This document shows, piece after piece, positions 1-8,985 of a DNA stretch of 64,000 bases. Both the position numbers and the translations under genes were made by a program. The notes beneath the pieces are model-generated. The model searched no databases. It was not told where the DNA came from and saw only the letters and a list, made by a program, of their open reading frames with translations. The DNA lies in the IMG/VR virus record IMGVR_UViG_3300044712_002668, positions 186,001 through 250,000 of that record; one strand, written 5' to 3'. Within the stretch, counting starts at the first letter, position 1, and each line of letters begins with the position of its first letter.

Positions 1-2
1 AA

Positions 3-695
3 ATGCTAAGCTTGCTTGTCAAGCTACTTAGCAAACAAAAGGTATGTATCCTATCCGGTGCTTCTTGGAAGCAGATAGAGAAACAAATTATTTCATATCT
101 TCCTACAAAAGATATCAACATACTAAATAATTTGTATGTACTACCAACAGCAGGAGCTAGTTTATTCCAATATTGGAATAAGTATGGCTGGGTAGCTATT
201 TATCAGAACAAGCTTGATAAACATGAGTCTGATAAAATTTCCAAGGTACTTGAAAAGTATTTGAAGCAGAATTCTCTATCTGACAGGTTGTGGGGTAAGC
301 AGGTGGAGAACAGAGAGTCTCAAGTAACTTTGTCTTGCCTTGGTCAAAAGGCCCCGCTTGATGATAAGGAAAATTGGGATCCTGATTTTTCCAAGCGTAA
401 AGCAATTGTTTCAGAGTTAGTAAAAGAACTGCCTAATTTTGACTTGCGTATTGCTGGGTATAATTCAATTGATATTACCCCAAAGGGTATTAATAAACAC
501 TCTGGACTTCATCAGTTGATGAAGCATTTGCATATCAGCAAAGATGAGGTTGTATTTGTTGGTGATGCAATTTTCGAGGGTGGTGTTGACTATCCTGTAG
601 TTGATATCGGTATTGAGTTTGTAAAAGTAACTTCTATTGATGAAACCAAGAAATTTTTAACTCAATTGCTTGTGGTAGCAGATAAGGCGGCATAA
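3..695 (+). CDS. HAD-superfamily IIB hydrolase (phosphomannomutase/Cof-like), 5' truncated by window edge
   Basis: Motifs SIDITPKGINK and VFVGDAIFEGGVDY resemble HAD-IIB motifs III/IV; motif I lies outside the window. Confidence 0.75.
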   Translation: MLSLLVKLLSKQKVCILSGASWKQIEKQIISYLPTKDINILNNLYVLPTAGASLFQYWNKYGWVAIYQNKLDKHESDKISKVLEKYLKQNSLSDRLWGKQVENRESQVTLSCLGQKAPLDDKENWDPDFSKRKAIVSELVKELPNFDLRIAGYNSIDITPKGINKHSGLHQLMKHLHISKDEVVFVGDAIFEGGVDYPVVDIGIEFVKVTSIDETKKFLTQLLVVADKAA

Positions 696-697
696 CC

Positions 698-934
698 ATG
701 AGAGCAGATGAGTTTTCAGTTTGGTACCATGCCTATATGGCTGGTATCCAGGCAAGAGGTAGTTCCTCTCAAGAGATTGATGCTGTTATTACCGATGCTG
801 TAACAGTTGCTTCTGTTGCCTTGGAAAAATACAAGAAAGTTGATATCGATACCGATAAAAACAAAATGATGGAAAAGGCTTTACAAGATACTGTCAATAA
901 AATATCCGAAAAGTTATCAAGTATAAAAGGTTGA
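698..934 (+). CDS. hypothetical protein
   Basis: 78-aa ORF packed directly after the upstream gene. Confidence 0.6.
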   Translation: MRADEFSVWYHAYMAGIQARGSSSQEIDAVITDAVTVASVALEKYKKVDIDTDKNKMMEKALQDTVNKISEKLSSIKG

Positions 935-968
935 TAATTTGATATATAAGCGGAACGCGAGTTTAGAA

Positions 969-1037
969 TCACCATTAGTATAATGGCAGTACGGTACTCA
1001 TATGAGTACCAGTGCAGGTTCGAATCCTGTAGGTGAT
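969..1037 (+). pseudogene. degenerate tRNA-like gene (Met-CAT-like relic)
   Basis: D arm GTAT-AATGGCA-GTAC and T arm GCAGG-TTCGAAT-CCTGT are present; acceptor is one base short; anticodon arm is the palindrome GGTACTCATATGAGTACC with no 7-nt loop. Confidence 0.6.
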
Positions 1038-1076
1038 TTATACAAATTTCGTTCCGCTTATTTATTTAAGGGTTAA

Positions 1077-1274
1077 ATGCAAGATGAATTTCTTAGAGAG
1101 AGAATATCAGCTGTTGGAAGTTATGGTAAAATACTAGAGATAGTATTTGATGATATGTATAGGGAATTTGAAACGTCTTATAATAAAAAATTTCATAAAC
1201 TTGGGAATCTTCATTGTATAATAAAATACAAAGATATAGATGATAATGTAATGTTTTATTGTGTTCCAAGGTAA
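1077..1274 (+). CDS. hypothetical protein
   Basis: 65-aa ORF with AAGG upstream, operonic packing. Confidence 0.55.
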   Translation: MQDEFLRERISAVGSYGKILEIVFDDMYREFETSYNKKFHKLGNLHCIIKYKDIDDNVMFYCVPR

Positions 1275-1275
1275 T

Positions 1276-1929
1276 ATGTCAAGCGAAAAAGTTTCTTTGG
1301 ATATTAGTTCAATATCAAATTGGATTTGTAACTATGCAACTTCTTATGGTAAGGATACATTACTAGTACCGTTTGATGGTTCAACAAATTCTGCCGTTGT
1401 AACCTGGTGTTGTTTACAATCAACTATATTAAAAACCGGTACACTTAAAGTATTATCTGTTGTTCCTAATAATGAACAAGAATTGTTCAAGAAAATATTC
1501 AATCATTCATATGCTGAATTGCCTGGGAGCCAACTGTATTATCATTCTCTAGAATTAGCTAAAAATTCAAATGGGATATGTGTTGGATGTGTTGATAAAA
1601 CATATGGTTCTTTATATCGTTCCTATAAAAAGTACAATGAGTATTTAGCTGATATTCAGCCTTTATATGATTTCCTATATTCTGAAATTGTAGAGATGTC
1701 AGAGTCTTTAGGTTTCACAAAGAACATTGCCCCGCTTGATTACAGAATATATGAATGGGCTTTACAGCAAGAATCGTATTATAAGATTATTACATCGCTA
1801 GATGCCCCAAATAAATCTTATAAGTGGTATACTTATACAGAAGAACAAAGGTCATTTATTGCAAAAATGCACCAGAGAGAAAAGAAAACAAAACATAAAG
1901 AAATAAAAGTTCCTTACTTCAAAAAATGA
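1276..1929 (+). CDS. NAD synthetase (NadE)-like protein with degenerate PP-loop
   Basis: LVPFDGSTNSAVV sits where SGGxDS is expected; ADIQPLYDFLYSEIVEMSESLG resembles the NadE DxxPLxxLxKxEVxxLAxxLG segment. Confidence 0.5.
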   Translation: MSSEKVSLDISSISNWICNYATSYGKDTLLVPFDGSTNSAVVTWCCLQSTILKTGTLKVLSVVPNNEQELFKKIFNHSYAELPGSQLYYHSLELAKNSNGICVGCVDKTYGSLYRSYKKYNEYLADIQPLYDFLYSEIVEMSESLGFTKNIAPLDYRIYEWALQQESYYKIITSLDAPNKSYKWYTYTEEQRSFIAKMHQREKKTKHKEIKVPYFKK

Positions 1930-2384
1930 GCATATTAAATAAAAATATAGCAAGTGCCAAAGCGTTTATATCTGATGGTATTTTTCAACATGTAGTTGGT
2001 TATTGTAAGCTGATTCCAACTGATAATTGGAGAACTTGGCACGATCATGATGGGAATAAAATATCTATCATGGAGAATAAGACGGTAAAAGTTTTTAATA
2101 AAAAAGCATTAAACTTTACACATGATATATTTAAAAAATCAAAGCCTGCAATTATTGTAGAAAATAGTTGCTGGCTTTGTTCTTTGTATAATAAAAATCA
2201 TAAATATGATTATTTGACTGGTAATGATAATATAATAAGATGTTGTTATTATTTAAAAAATGAATGGGTTTGTAACCAATCCCCGATAGAAAACGGGTAT
2301 CAAGAGATACATGACGTAATTAAGCGTTATATGTACAATATAGAATTTGATAGTAGATACAAGATATTAGTTAAGGAGTTATGA
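1926..2384 (+). CDS. hypothetical protein
   Basis: 152-aa ORF with ATGA overlap to the upstream stop. Confidence 0.6.
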   Translation: MSILNKNIASAKAFISDGIFQHVVGYCKLIPTDNWRTWHDHDGNKISIMENKTVKVFNKKALNFTHDIFKKSKPAIIVENSCWLCSLYNKNHKYDYLTGNDNIIRCCYYLKNEWVCNQSPIENGYQEIHDVIKRYMYNIEFDSRYKILVKEL

Positions 2385-2615
2385 GTGGCATCAGATGATA
2401 AACCAAGAGTAGAAGGCTCGATAGAGGCAGCTAGAGGAAACGGATTTTTTGTAGTTGGAGTATTAACTGAAGTTGGTACTGTGACACAAGTTCTGTGTCA
2501 GTTGTCTGGTAAAATGAGGACTCATAATATAAAAATAGTGGAAGGGGATAAGGTTGAAATAGAACTTGATCCTTACAACATGTCAAAAGGTAGAATAATA
2601 TATAGGAAAAAGTGA
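2385..2615 (+). CDS. infA: translation initiation factor IF-1
   Basis: [38 protein letters not shown] matches the IF-1 signature. Confidence 0.93.
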   Translation: MASDDKPRVEGSIEAARGNGFFVVGVLTEVGTVTQVLCQLSGKMRTHNIKIVEGDKVEIELDPYNMSKGRIIYRKK

Positions 2616-3124
2616 TGAAGAAGCCAAGTAATTTTATCCAAAAGGGATTGTTGAGATTTATAGAAGGTGATGCTACAAACCCTACTGGTAGTAGTATGCA
2701 ATATATTTTGCAGGTTTGTAATGATGATGGTTTATATGGGGCAGGATTTTCAGGGGCGCTATCTAAGAGATACCCTCAAGTTGAATCTGAATACAGAAAG
2801 TTTTGGAGAAACAAGTTTGGTAAACTAAAGCTTGGAGAGATTCAGGTTATACAAGTAAAGAGCGATGTTGCTGTTATCAATATGATCGCTCAAAAGGGTG
2901 TTGTTTCCAAAACAAATCCAATACCTTTAGATTTGAAAGCTCTCAAAGAATGTTTATCAAAGGCTGGTACAGAAATCAGCGATAACTCTGCGTCAGCTCA
3001 TATGCCAAGAATTGGCTGTGGTTTGGCTGGAGGTAAATGGGAAGATGTTCAACCGTTAATAGAAGAAGAGTTATTGAAACGCGGGGTAAATGTTACAGTA
3101 TATGATTTACCAGAGGAAAAATGA
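2612..3124 (+). CDS. macro domain protein (ADP-ribose / Appr-1''-p processing; Poa1p/DarG-like)
   Basis: [23 protein letters not shown] and [13 protein letters not shown] motifs. Confidence 0.88.
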   Translation: MMKKPSNFIQKGLLRFIEGDATNPTGSSMQYILQVCNDDGLYGAGFSGALSKRYPQVESEYRKFWRNKFGKLKLGEIQVIQVKSDVAVINMIAQKGVVSKTNPIPLDLKALKECLSKAGTEISDNSASAHMPRIGCGLAGGKWEDVQPLIEEELLKRGVNVTVYDLPEEK

Positions 3125-3342
3125 ACTCTGAATATAAACCAATTCTTAAAAATGCTTTGGTTTCTCTATTTGTTTCTATGAACGATTTTGTCAAGGAACG
3201 GATAAGAATTACAAAAGAGGATCCTGAGGATTATATTATTTCTATTTATCCAGAATTTTCTGTATACAGAAAAGACAATAAAAAGGTTAGTAGAAAGGTT
3301 CTAAATAGTATCAAACGAGGGTTGGAAAATCGTAGTCAATAA
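3121..3342 (+). CDS. hypothetical protein
   Basis: 73-aa ORF overlapping the upstream stop. Confidence 0.55.
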   Translation: MNSEYKPILKNALVSLFVSMNDFVKERIRITKEDPEDYIISIYPEFSVYRKDNKKVSRKVLNSIKRGLENRSQ

Positions 3343-3359
3343 TTTATTATATTGTTACA

Positions 3360-3902
3360 ATGGATTATAATAGAATTTACAAGTTCGCTGATATTTTTGA
3401 TGACTCTCTCAACGAAGCTGAAAGGTTTGAGAGTGGTTTGTCAAGCGAAACACATGATACCAATACAGAATCTATTCTGTCCAAGTTGGATATTAATTTC
3501 CAACCAATTGCTCGTAATTTTTTAAATGAAGCCGAAAAACGTTTGGGTGTAAAATTAAAGGTTACTGAGGGATACAGGGATAATAAGATACAAGAGAAAT
3601 ATTGGAAAAAGGGAAGGGATGATAAGGGTAATATTATAAACCAAGCAGAGGTTGTAACAAATGCAAAGCCCGGAACATCCCTTCATAACTATGGATTGGC
3701 AATAGATGTTTTGCCAGTTCAAAAACTTAACAACCAAGAAGCTGCTACGTATTGGCCAGAATTCGGTAAGCTTGCCAAAGAGATGGGTTTGATTTGGGGT
3801 GGTGACTTTAAAGGTCTTAAAGATTATGGTCATGTCCAATGGAAATTGATGTCTGATATTGCAAAGGGTAACTATAAACCAACACTGCCCTCAGGAGTAT
3901 AA
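3360..3902 (+). CDS. M15-family peptidoglycan peptidase (L-Ala-D-Glu endolysin-like)
   Basis: EGYR..Q, SLHNYGLAID and WGGDF..KDYGHVQ zinc-peptidase motifs. Confidence 0.88.
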   Translation: MDYNRIYKFADIFDDSLNEAERFESGLSSETHDTNTESILSKLDINFQPIARNFLNEAEKRLGVKLKVTEGYRDNKIQEKYWKKGRDDKGNIINQAEVVTNAKPGTSLHNYGLAIDVLPVQKLNNQEAATYWPEFGKLAKEMGLIWGGDFKGLKDYGHVQWKLMSDIAKGNYKPTLPSGV

Positions 3903-4628
3903 ATGGGTTGTATATATGCTGTAGATAAATCTTTTGATATAGGTTGTAATGTCATAAAATGGGATGATCCCAACGGTTTTGATTTTACAGCAAAACATAA
4001 TTACATTAGACGTGATAATATATCATTTGACGAATTGTCTAATGATATCAAACAGTTTACAATACACTGGGCGGCTTCTTATAGAGCGAAGGATGTATAT
4101 ACAGGTCTTAATGCCAGGCAGTTATCTGTGAATTTTATTATAGATGATGATGAGGATGAAAATGGGTACGCTACCGTGTACCAGTGTCTGGATCTGAAGC
4201 ATGGAGCTTGGAGTCAGGGAAGCGGTTGCAACGGGATTGGGGCCGGTGTTGAGATAGCTTATATGCCTGATGCCTGGGACCATCCAAATCGTTACAGCGA
4301 GGCAAACAGAGGGGCTCACGGGGTACCGGACCATGAGGTTACTATGGGCGAGGTCCATGGAGTAAAGCTCAAGGTATTCTTGCCAACCGAGGCTCAAATA
4401 AAATCTTTGGTTCAGTTGATATGGGGTTATACAAATTTGTTCCCAATACCACTGACTTTTCCAAAAAAGGAAGATGGTTCTTATATTCTTACAACACTGC
4501 CAAATCCAACAGAGTTTTCTGGTCTATTGAATCACTACAATATCAACAGGCAAAAGGTTGATACTGTCGGTCTTGATTTGGCAGATATTGAATCTAGACT
4601 TTCGGCACAAACAGAGCTTGGATATTAG
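3903..4628 (+). CDS. N-acetylmuramoyl-L-alanine amidase (Amidase_2-like)
   Basis: IHWAA, LSVNFIID, HGAW, GVEIA, TEAQIKSL and a C-terminal H..K.D match the amidase-2 layout. Confidence 0.75.
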   Translation: MGCIYAVDKSFDIGCNVIKWDDPNGFDFTAKHNYIRRDNISFDELSNDIKQFTIHWAASYRAKDVYTGLNARQLSVNFIIDDDEDENGYATVYQCLDLKHGAWSQGSGCNGIGAGVEIAYMPDAWDHPNRYSEANRGAHGVPDHEVTMGEVHGVKLKVFLPTEAQIKSLVQLIWGYTNLFPIPLTFPKKEDGSYILTTLPNPTEFSGLLNHYNINRQKVDTVGLDLADIESRLSAQTELGY

Positions 4629-4810
4629 CGCTTGTTTTTCTTGAATAATTCCCAGCATTGAGGACATCTCCATTCTGGGAATTTTTCATTTCTTATTTTA
4701 CGTATAAACAAACGCCAACCCATTAAACTTAAAAAAGTAAAGTTCCCGTTTGTTTTAGGGGATAATAAACCACAGTCTTTACATTCGTATTGAAAGTTAT
4801 TATCATCCAT
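4625..4810 (-). CDS. small zinc-ribbon protein
   Basis: CKDC...CPQC; start placed at MDDNNF. Confidence 0.55.
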   Translation of the reverse strand: MDDNNFQYECKDCGLLSPKTNGNFTFLSLMGWRLFIRKIRNEKFPEWRCPQCWELFKKNKR

Positions 4811-4888
4811 GCGGAGAGCAGTGGTACCGCCCCACAATCCCATCAAGGATCCATTCGGTTTCCAACCGAAGCTAGCATCTCATCTAGT

Positions 4889-5374
4889 TTACTCTCCATT
4901 TAATATATATACCAAACTATCTAGTGGTAGTAAATTTTCTTTACTTGTTAAATAAAAATTATCCCAATACTTTCTTGTGTTATCAAATTTTCTTTCAACT
5001 TTCCATTTGTCTCTATTGCTTGTGTCTATCCATAGCATAGATCCTGTAATCCTCGATATCATTATATAAGCAAATGGGATTTCACTTCTTCCTGTAAATT
5101 TTTTTACAGTATCAATTATAATTGTATCGTAAGGGAATGTATTAGGGGATGTGAACCTTTCTTTTCTTGATTTTATTTCAATTCTTTTTGAATTTACTAT
5201 TAAGTCTTTTGTTTCAAAAAACTTATTAGCATCGCTTATATTTTCTCGAAACGCCATAGGAGGCATCTCAATACTGAAACCATGTAACTTGAAAAATGTT
5301 GCTGGCAATTCTTGCCACTGAAATCCATCAGTGAGTTCTTTTTTAAATAGCTCTGTATTTTCAGACCATTTCAT
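4889..5374 (-). CDS. putative PD-(D/E)xK nuclease-fold protein
   Basis: DLIVNSKRIEIKSR resembles the D-x(n)-EIK motif. Confidence 0.5.
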   Translation of the reverse strand: MKWSENTELFKKELTDGFQWQELPATFFKLHGFSIEMPPMAFRENISDANKFFETKDLIVNSKRIEIKSRKERFTSPNTFPYDTIIIDTVKKFTGRSEIPFAYIMISRITGSMLWIDTSNRDKWKVERKFDNTRKYWDNFYLTSKENLLPLDSLVYILNGE

Positions 5375-5376
5375 AA

Positions 5377-5832
5377 TTACTCCTTCATCCAATGAATAAC
5401 CATATCAGCTAATTCTTCTACAGATTCCGCAGGATATAAATTATGTTCCTTCCAGAATATCCAATCTAAATAATCGAAACTGTTTTTAGACTCTGGATTT
5501 CTTCCATAAAAGATACCATCTGTTTTGAGATAAGATCCGAATTGAACCATTGATTGAACATCTTCTGGTTTATCAAACCAGAAACAAACTACCTGGGATA
5601 GGAGCATATGAGTTCTATCCCATTCATAATATTTTTCAGAATGGTTTATAGTTAAGTATTTATTGGAAATGATAGTAGTTTTTATATATGATTTTACAAT
5701 TGCATTGTAAAATTTATCATGCCAATTATTTATGTTTTTGGAGGCTAGGAAAATGGTACCAAGACCACTTGTCATATTTTCTTGTGAGATAGAATCTGGG
5801 AAAAATATTCTATGTACTTTTTCTTGGTTCAT
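5377..5832 (-). CDS. nucleoside 2-deoxyribosyltransferase-like protein
   Basis: IFLAS..NW, EWD..H...VVCFWF pattern; the usual catalytic Glu appears as Gln (MVQFG). Confidence 0.5.
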   Translation of the reverse strand: MNQEKVHRIFFPDSISQENMTSGLGTIFLASKNINNWHDKFYNAIVKSYIKTTIISNKYLTINHSEKYYEWDRTHMLLSQVVCFWFDKPEDVQSMVQFGSYLKTDGIFYGRNPESKNSFDYLDWIFWKEHNLYPAESVEELADMVIHWMKE

Positions 5833-5835
5833 AAC

Positions 5836-5860
5836 AAAAAAGCCCACGCTATCGTGGGCT
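5836..5860 (-). terminator. rho-independent terminator
   Basis: AGCCCACG-ATAG-CGTGGGCT followed by TTTTT, downstream of tRNA-Ser. Confidence 0.8.
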
Positions 5861-5872
5861 CTCGACTATAAG

Positions 5873-5961
5873 CGGAGAATACAGGGGTCAAACCTGTAAG
5901 GCCATTACAGCTCGCCTCTTTAGCAAAGAGGTTCCGTCGTCAGCTTTCGGATTGATTCTCC
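5873..5961 (-). tRNA. tRNA-Ser(GCT)
   Basis: GGAGAAT/ATTCTCC acceptor, CCTCT-TTGCTAA-AGAGG anticodon arm, long variable arm. Confidence 0.9.
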
Positions 5962-5966
5962 AATTA

Positions 5967-6596
5967 TCAGATTTTTTTACGTGCTTGTTGTAAAAGGTAT
6001 ATGTGTCCTTCACTCTCACTTGCCTGTGACATAATCAAATCATCAAGCCCTAATGTAAGAGCCTCTTTTTCCTTTAATCTGTCATAGACTTTCTTTGCAA
6101 TAATTTGAAAAGAATGTTCTGCAGATATTGAAGATTCAATATGTTTTTCTGGAACGCCTTTATCTTCTACAATGAAGTGTTCGGCAAATTTCCCAACCAA
6201 ATCTTGGTGTACAAGCTCTCCACAAAGACCAACAACTCTTTCACCGGCATCATCAGCCATTCCTGTAGCATCTTCATATAATTGTTTGAATAATAAATGA
6301 AGACCATGATCTGTTGTTTCAAGATGATTCTGGTGGTGAACTAAATATAAAGCCCTAAGCATAGCAGCATATACTGAAAGTAATTCACAATCTTCTGCAT
6401 CAAGTTCTTTAGAAGGTTTTTGTTTACCTATAAAGCTATCAAGTATGTTTTCAGAAATAGCTGTTAATTGACTGTTGGTTGGTGTTCGTTTGGAATTTGA
6501 AACACGTTTTACAGCCCATTGTAAACGTTCCTCAGAATCATCTTTCAATGGTTTTGTGGACGCTGCATATTTGAATAGGGTATCAAAGCTTATCAT
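5967..6596 (-). CDS. Dps/ferritin-like domain protein
   Basis: LRALYLVHHQNH...HLLFKQLYE...DDAGER resembles Dps helices A/B. Confidence 0.65.
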   Translation of the reverse strand: MISFDTLFKYAASTKPLKDDSEERLQWAVKRVSNSKRTPTNSQLTAISENILDSFIGKQKPSKELDAEDCELLSVYAAMLRALYLVHHQNHLETTDHGLHLLFKQLYEDATGMADDAGERVVGLCGELVHQDLVGKFAEHFIVEDKGVPEKHIESSISAEHSFQIIAKKVYDRLKEKEALTLGLDDLIMSQASESEGHIYLLQQARKKI

Positions 6597-6620
6597 ATAG
6601 TTAAGTCAGAATAATACCAG

Positions 6621-6695
6621 AGTCCCGCAGGAGAATCAAACTCCGTTAACAGAAACGGTTTTGCAGACCGTCAGATGCATCAGCACAACGGGACC
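6621..6695 (-). tRNA. tRNA-Cys(GCA)
   Basis: ACGGT-CTGCAAA-ACCGT anticodon arm; GTCCCG/CGGGAC acceptor pairing. Confidence 0.8.
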
Positions 6696-6770
6696 TGGAG
6701 CGGATAGTGGGACTCAAACCCACAACGTTCTCGTTGGCAACGAGGAATTCTATCATTGAATTATATCCGC
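6696..6770 (-). tRNA. tRNA-Gly(GCC)
   Basis: GCGGATA/TATCCGC acceptor, TTGCCAA loop, encoded CCA. Confidence 0.92.
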
Positions 6771-6907
6771 AAATGCTGAGGTAGAATATGAGCAATCTTT
6801 CGGCCTTCATGACCTTCTAGTCCCATATCCCCTTACCCAGTCTGGCGACCTCAACTGTGTCTGTACAAACACACCAATGCATTGATTGGGGGAATCAACT
6901 TATTGGG

Positions 6908-6978
6908 AGCGGGCACCCAGGATCGAACTGGGATAGCTAGCTTGGAAGGCTAGAGCATAACCACTCTGCCATACCCGC
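6908..6978 (-). tRNA. tRNA-Gly(TCC)
   Basis: GCGGGTA/TGCCCGC acceptor, CTAGC-CTTCCAA-GCTAG. Confidence 0.92.
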
Positions 6979-6988
6979 ATATACATTA

Positions 6989-7873
6989 TTATATCACAGT
7001 ATTCATATTTTGTTGAAGGTAACCTATATAATATTCAAATGATTCATTAGGTTTCAATTCTCCATCTTCAATTTTCTTTTGAAGAACGTTTCTCAACTCA
7101 CCGATTTTTGGTCCTAATGGAATATTCAGGCTATCTGAAATAGCATTTCCCAATCCCTTTGGGAGATAGGTTGTTTTTTCATCCTCTTGTCTTATTTTTA
7201 TAATTCTCTTTTTAAGATTATCAATACCTCTTAAAATTTTATTTCTTTTACTATCATTACCTGTAGTAATATCAGCTTTAGATAGCTCAAGGATATCATC
7301 CAGGTAAGGACCCATTTCCTTGTCAAATCTTCTTACAGCATTATCTGACCATGAGTCATCATACCCCTCAGTGTACCCAAGATTGTTTATCAAAAACTTG
7401 ATGTGTTCTTTTGTTCCGGGTGAGAAGATATTGTATTTTTTCGCAAACTTCTCAAAGATTTTGGAGCTGTGGTGTTCGTGGTGATGAAACGTTACTTTAC
7501 CATTTTTCCATTCAAAAGTATACGCTTTTCCAAGATCATGAAAAAGCGCAGCCCACCTTAAAGGTACTACTGGTAATGTTTGGTTTACTACCCTTATGGT
7601 ATGCGGCCAAATATCTTTAAATACATTCTTTTCTGTACTGATTTTTTTAGTCTTCTTTAAATTATCAGCATCTTCTATTTCTGGAATAGTGATTGCAAAA
7701 AATCCACATTCCTTTAAAAGATGAAGGGCGATACCTACGTGTGTACCAAGTAATATTTTGTGAAGAAGTGATAAATCTGTGTCTGGTGATAATTCCTTTA
7801 TGTTTGGAATTATACTATTTACAGTTCCATGATTGGCAACTTCTAAAATTTGTATCAATATGTTACTAGACAT
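6989..7873 (-). CDS. HD-domain protein related to the body/tail of CCA-adding enzyme, lacking the nucleotidyltransferase head
   Basis: DIWPHTIRVV, AALFHDLGK, HHHEHHS, LSKADIT; no GG..RD.LL/DxD head motif at the N-terminus. Confidence 0.8.
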   Translation of the reverse strand: MSSNILIQILEVANHGTVNSIIPNIKELSPDTDLSLLHKILLGTHVGIALHLLKECGFFAITIPEIEDADNLKKTKKISTEKNVFKDIWPHTIRVVNQTLPVVPLRWAALFHDLGKAYTFEWKNGKVTFHHHEHHSSKIFEKFAKKYNIFSPGTKEHIKFLINNLGYTEGYDDSWSDNAVRRFDKEMGPYLDDILELSKADITTGNDSKRNKILRGIDNLKKRIIKIRQEDEKTTYLPKGLGNAISDSLNIPLGPKIGELRNVLQKKIEDGELKPNESFEYYIGYLQQNMNTVI

Positions 7874-7876
7874 ATA

Positions 7877-8152
7877 CTAGTTTTTTTTATTTGTTGGTTT
7901 ACTAGTTTTCTTTGTTTTCTTCTCATTTCCTGATAAATACGCATCAGAAAAGCTTTTTATTTTCTCACCCATTTCAGGAGTAATTGGTCCTCCCCAAACG
8001 TTGTTTACCGTAAGTGTGTAATTACCTTTATTATTGTGTAAAAACATCCATATCTGCTTGAAGTTTTGCAGTATGGCTTTTCTGAGACCATTCATTTTTA
8101 ACAGGTCTCTATTTTCGGCAACTTTGAATTCGTTTTTGTCTATACCTACCAT
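7877..8152 (-). CDS. hypothetical protein
   Basis: ORF coupled to its neighbours. Confidence 0.55.
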   Translation of the reverse strand: MVGIDKNEFKVAENRDLLKMNGLRKAILQNFKQIWMFLHNNKGNYTLTVNNVWGGPITPEMGEKIKSFSDAYLSGNEKKTKKTSKPTNKKN

Positions 8153-8865
8153 TAACTCACCTTATTTGGAATATATGATATTTTATCTTTACCACAGGTT
8201 GTTTCAAACAAAGCTTGAATCCATCTCTCTGCGGTAACATAATCTTCAATTATATCCAAACAACTCTCGACTTTTTCTAAATCGAATGTGATTTCATTTG
8301 AGTCCCTGAAGTTATCCAAACTCAACCAAACTTTATCATGTTCTTTATATTCTATAGCTTTAAGAAAATCATACACATCATTGCTATCAACTATGTAACC
8401 ATAATTATTATTGATTGTGCTATACTCTTTAGATAAAGGAAATAATGGTAATTTCTTTTTCTCTGCTAGAACCATGTAATCATTCTTGTCATCTGAATCT
8501 ACTATTATTTTTTTTCTAGTCAGGTTTAGTATATCCAGTATTTTTGGGGATGGTGGGGTATCTAATTGGATACGATGTAGGACGGCCCAGAGGGCAGGGT
8601 GTTCCAGTCGTAACGAAAGGTCTCCACGCTCTATGATATCTCGTCTCCACCTGCCGTGCAAGTGCCCGCAAACACGTAGCTTATCGCTATTGTTGATCAG
8701 GGTGTCAAGCCAGTCACTTGATGGATATGCCGTTTCGCGTTGCGTCAAGGATTTTAGATTTATGTTCCATTCTATAAAAGGATATTTTACAGATAGGTCA
8801 ACTATATCCTCTATATTAACGCTATCATCGATTCCATTAATGGATACTGTACAAACCATAAACAT
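8152..8865 (-). CDS. phage TIM-barrel-like hypothetical protein
   Basis: TVSINGIDD, YPFIEW, YPS..W and HLHG motifs recall a common phage family; function unknown. Confidence 0.45.
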   Translation of the reverse strand: MFMVCTVSINGIDDSVNIEDIVDLSVKYPFIEWNINLKSLTQRETAYPSSDWLDTLINNSDKLRVCGHLHGRWRRDIIERGDLSLRLEHPALWAVLHRIQLDTPPSPKILDILNLTRKKIIVDSDDKNDYMVLAEKKKLPLFPLSKEYSTINNNYGYIVDSNDVYDFLKAIEYKEHDKVWLSLDNFRDSNEITFDLEKVESCLDIIEDYVTAERWIQALFETTCGKDKISYIPNKVS

Positions 8866-8906
8866 CTCAGATGTTATTCATTATCTGGATGCATGTAAAT
8901 TAGTAG

Positions 8907-8981
8907 TGGTGCTGATTTGGGGATTTGAACCCCACTATTCCTACATACCAAGCAGGATGAATTCCCAAGATTCTAATCAGC
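8907..8981 (-). tRNA. tRNA-Thr(GGT)
   Basis: GCTGATT/AATCAGC acceptor, CCTGC-TTGGTAT-GTAGG, encoded CCA. Confidence 0.88.
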
Positions 8982-8985
8982 GTTT

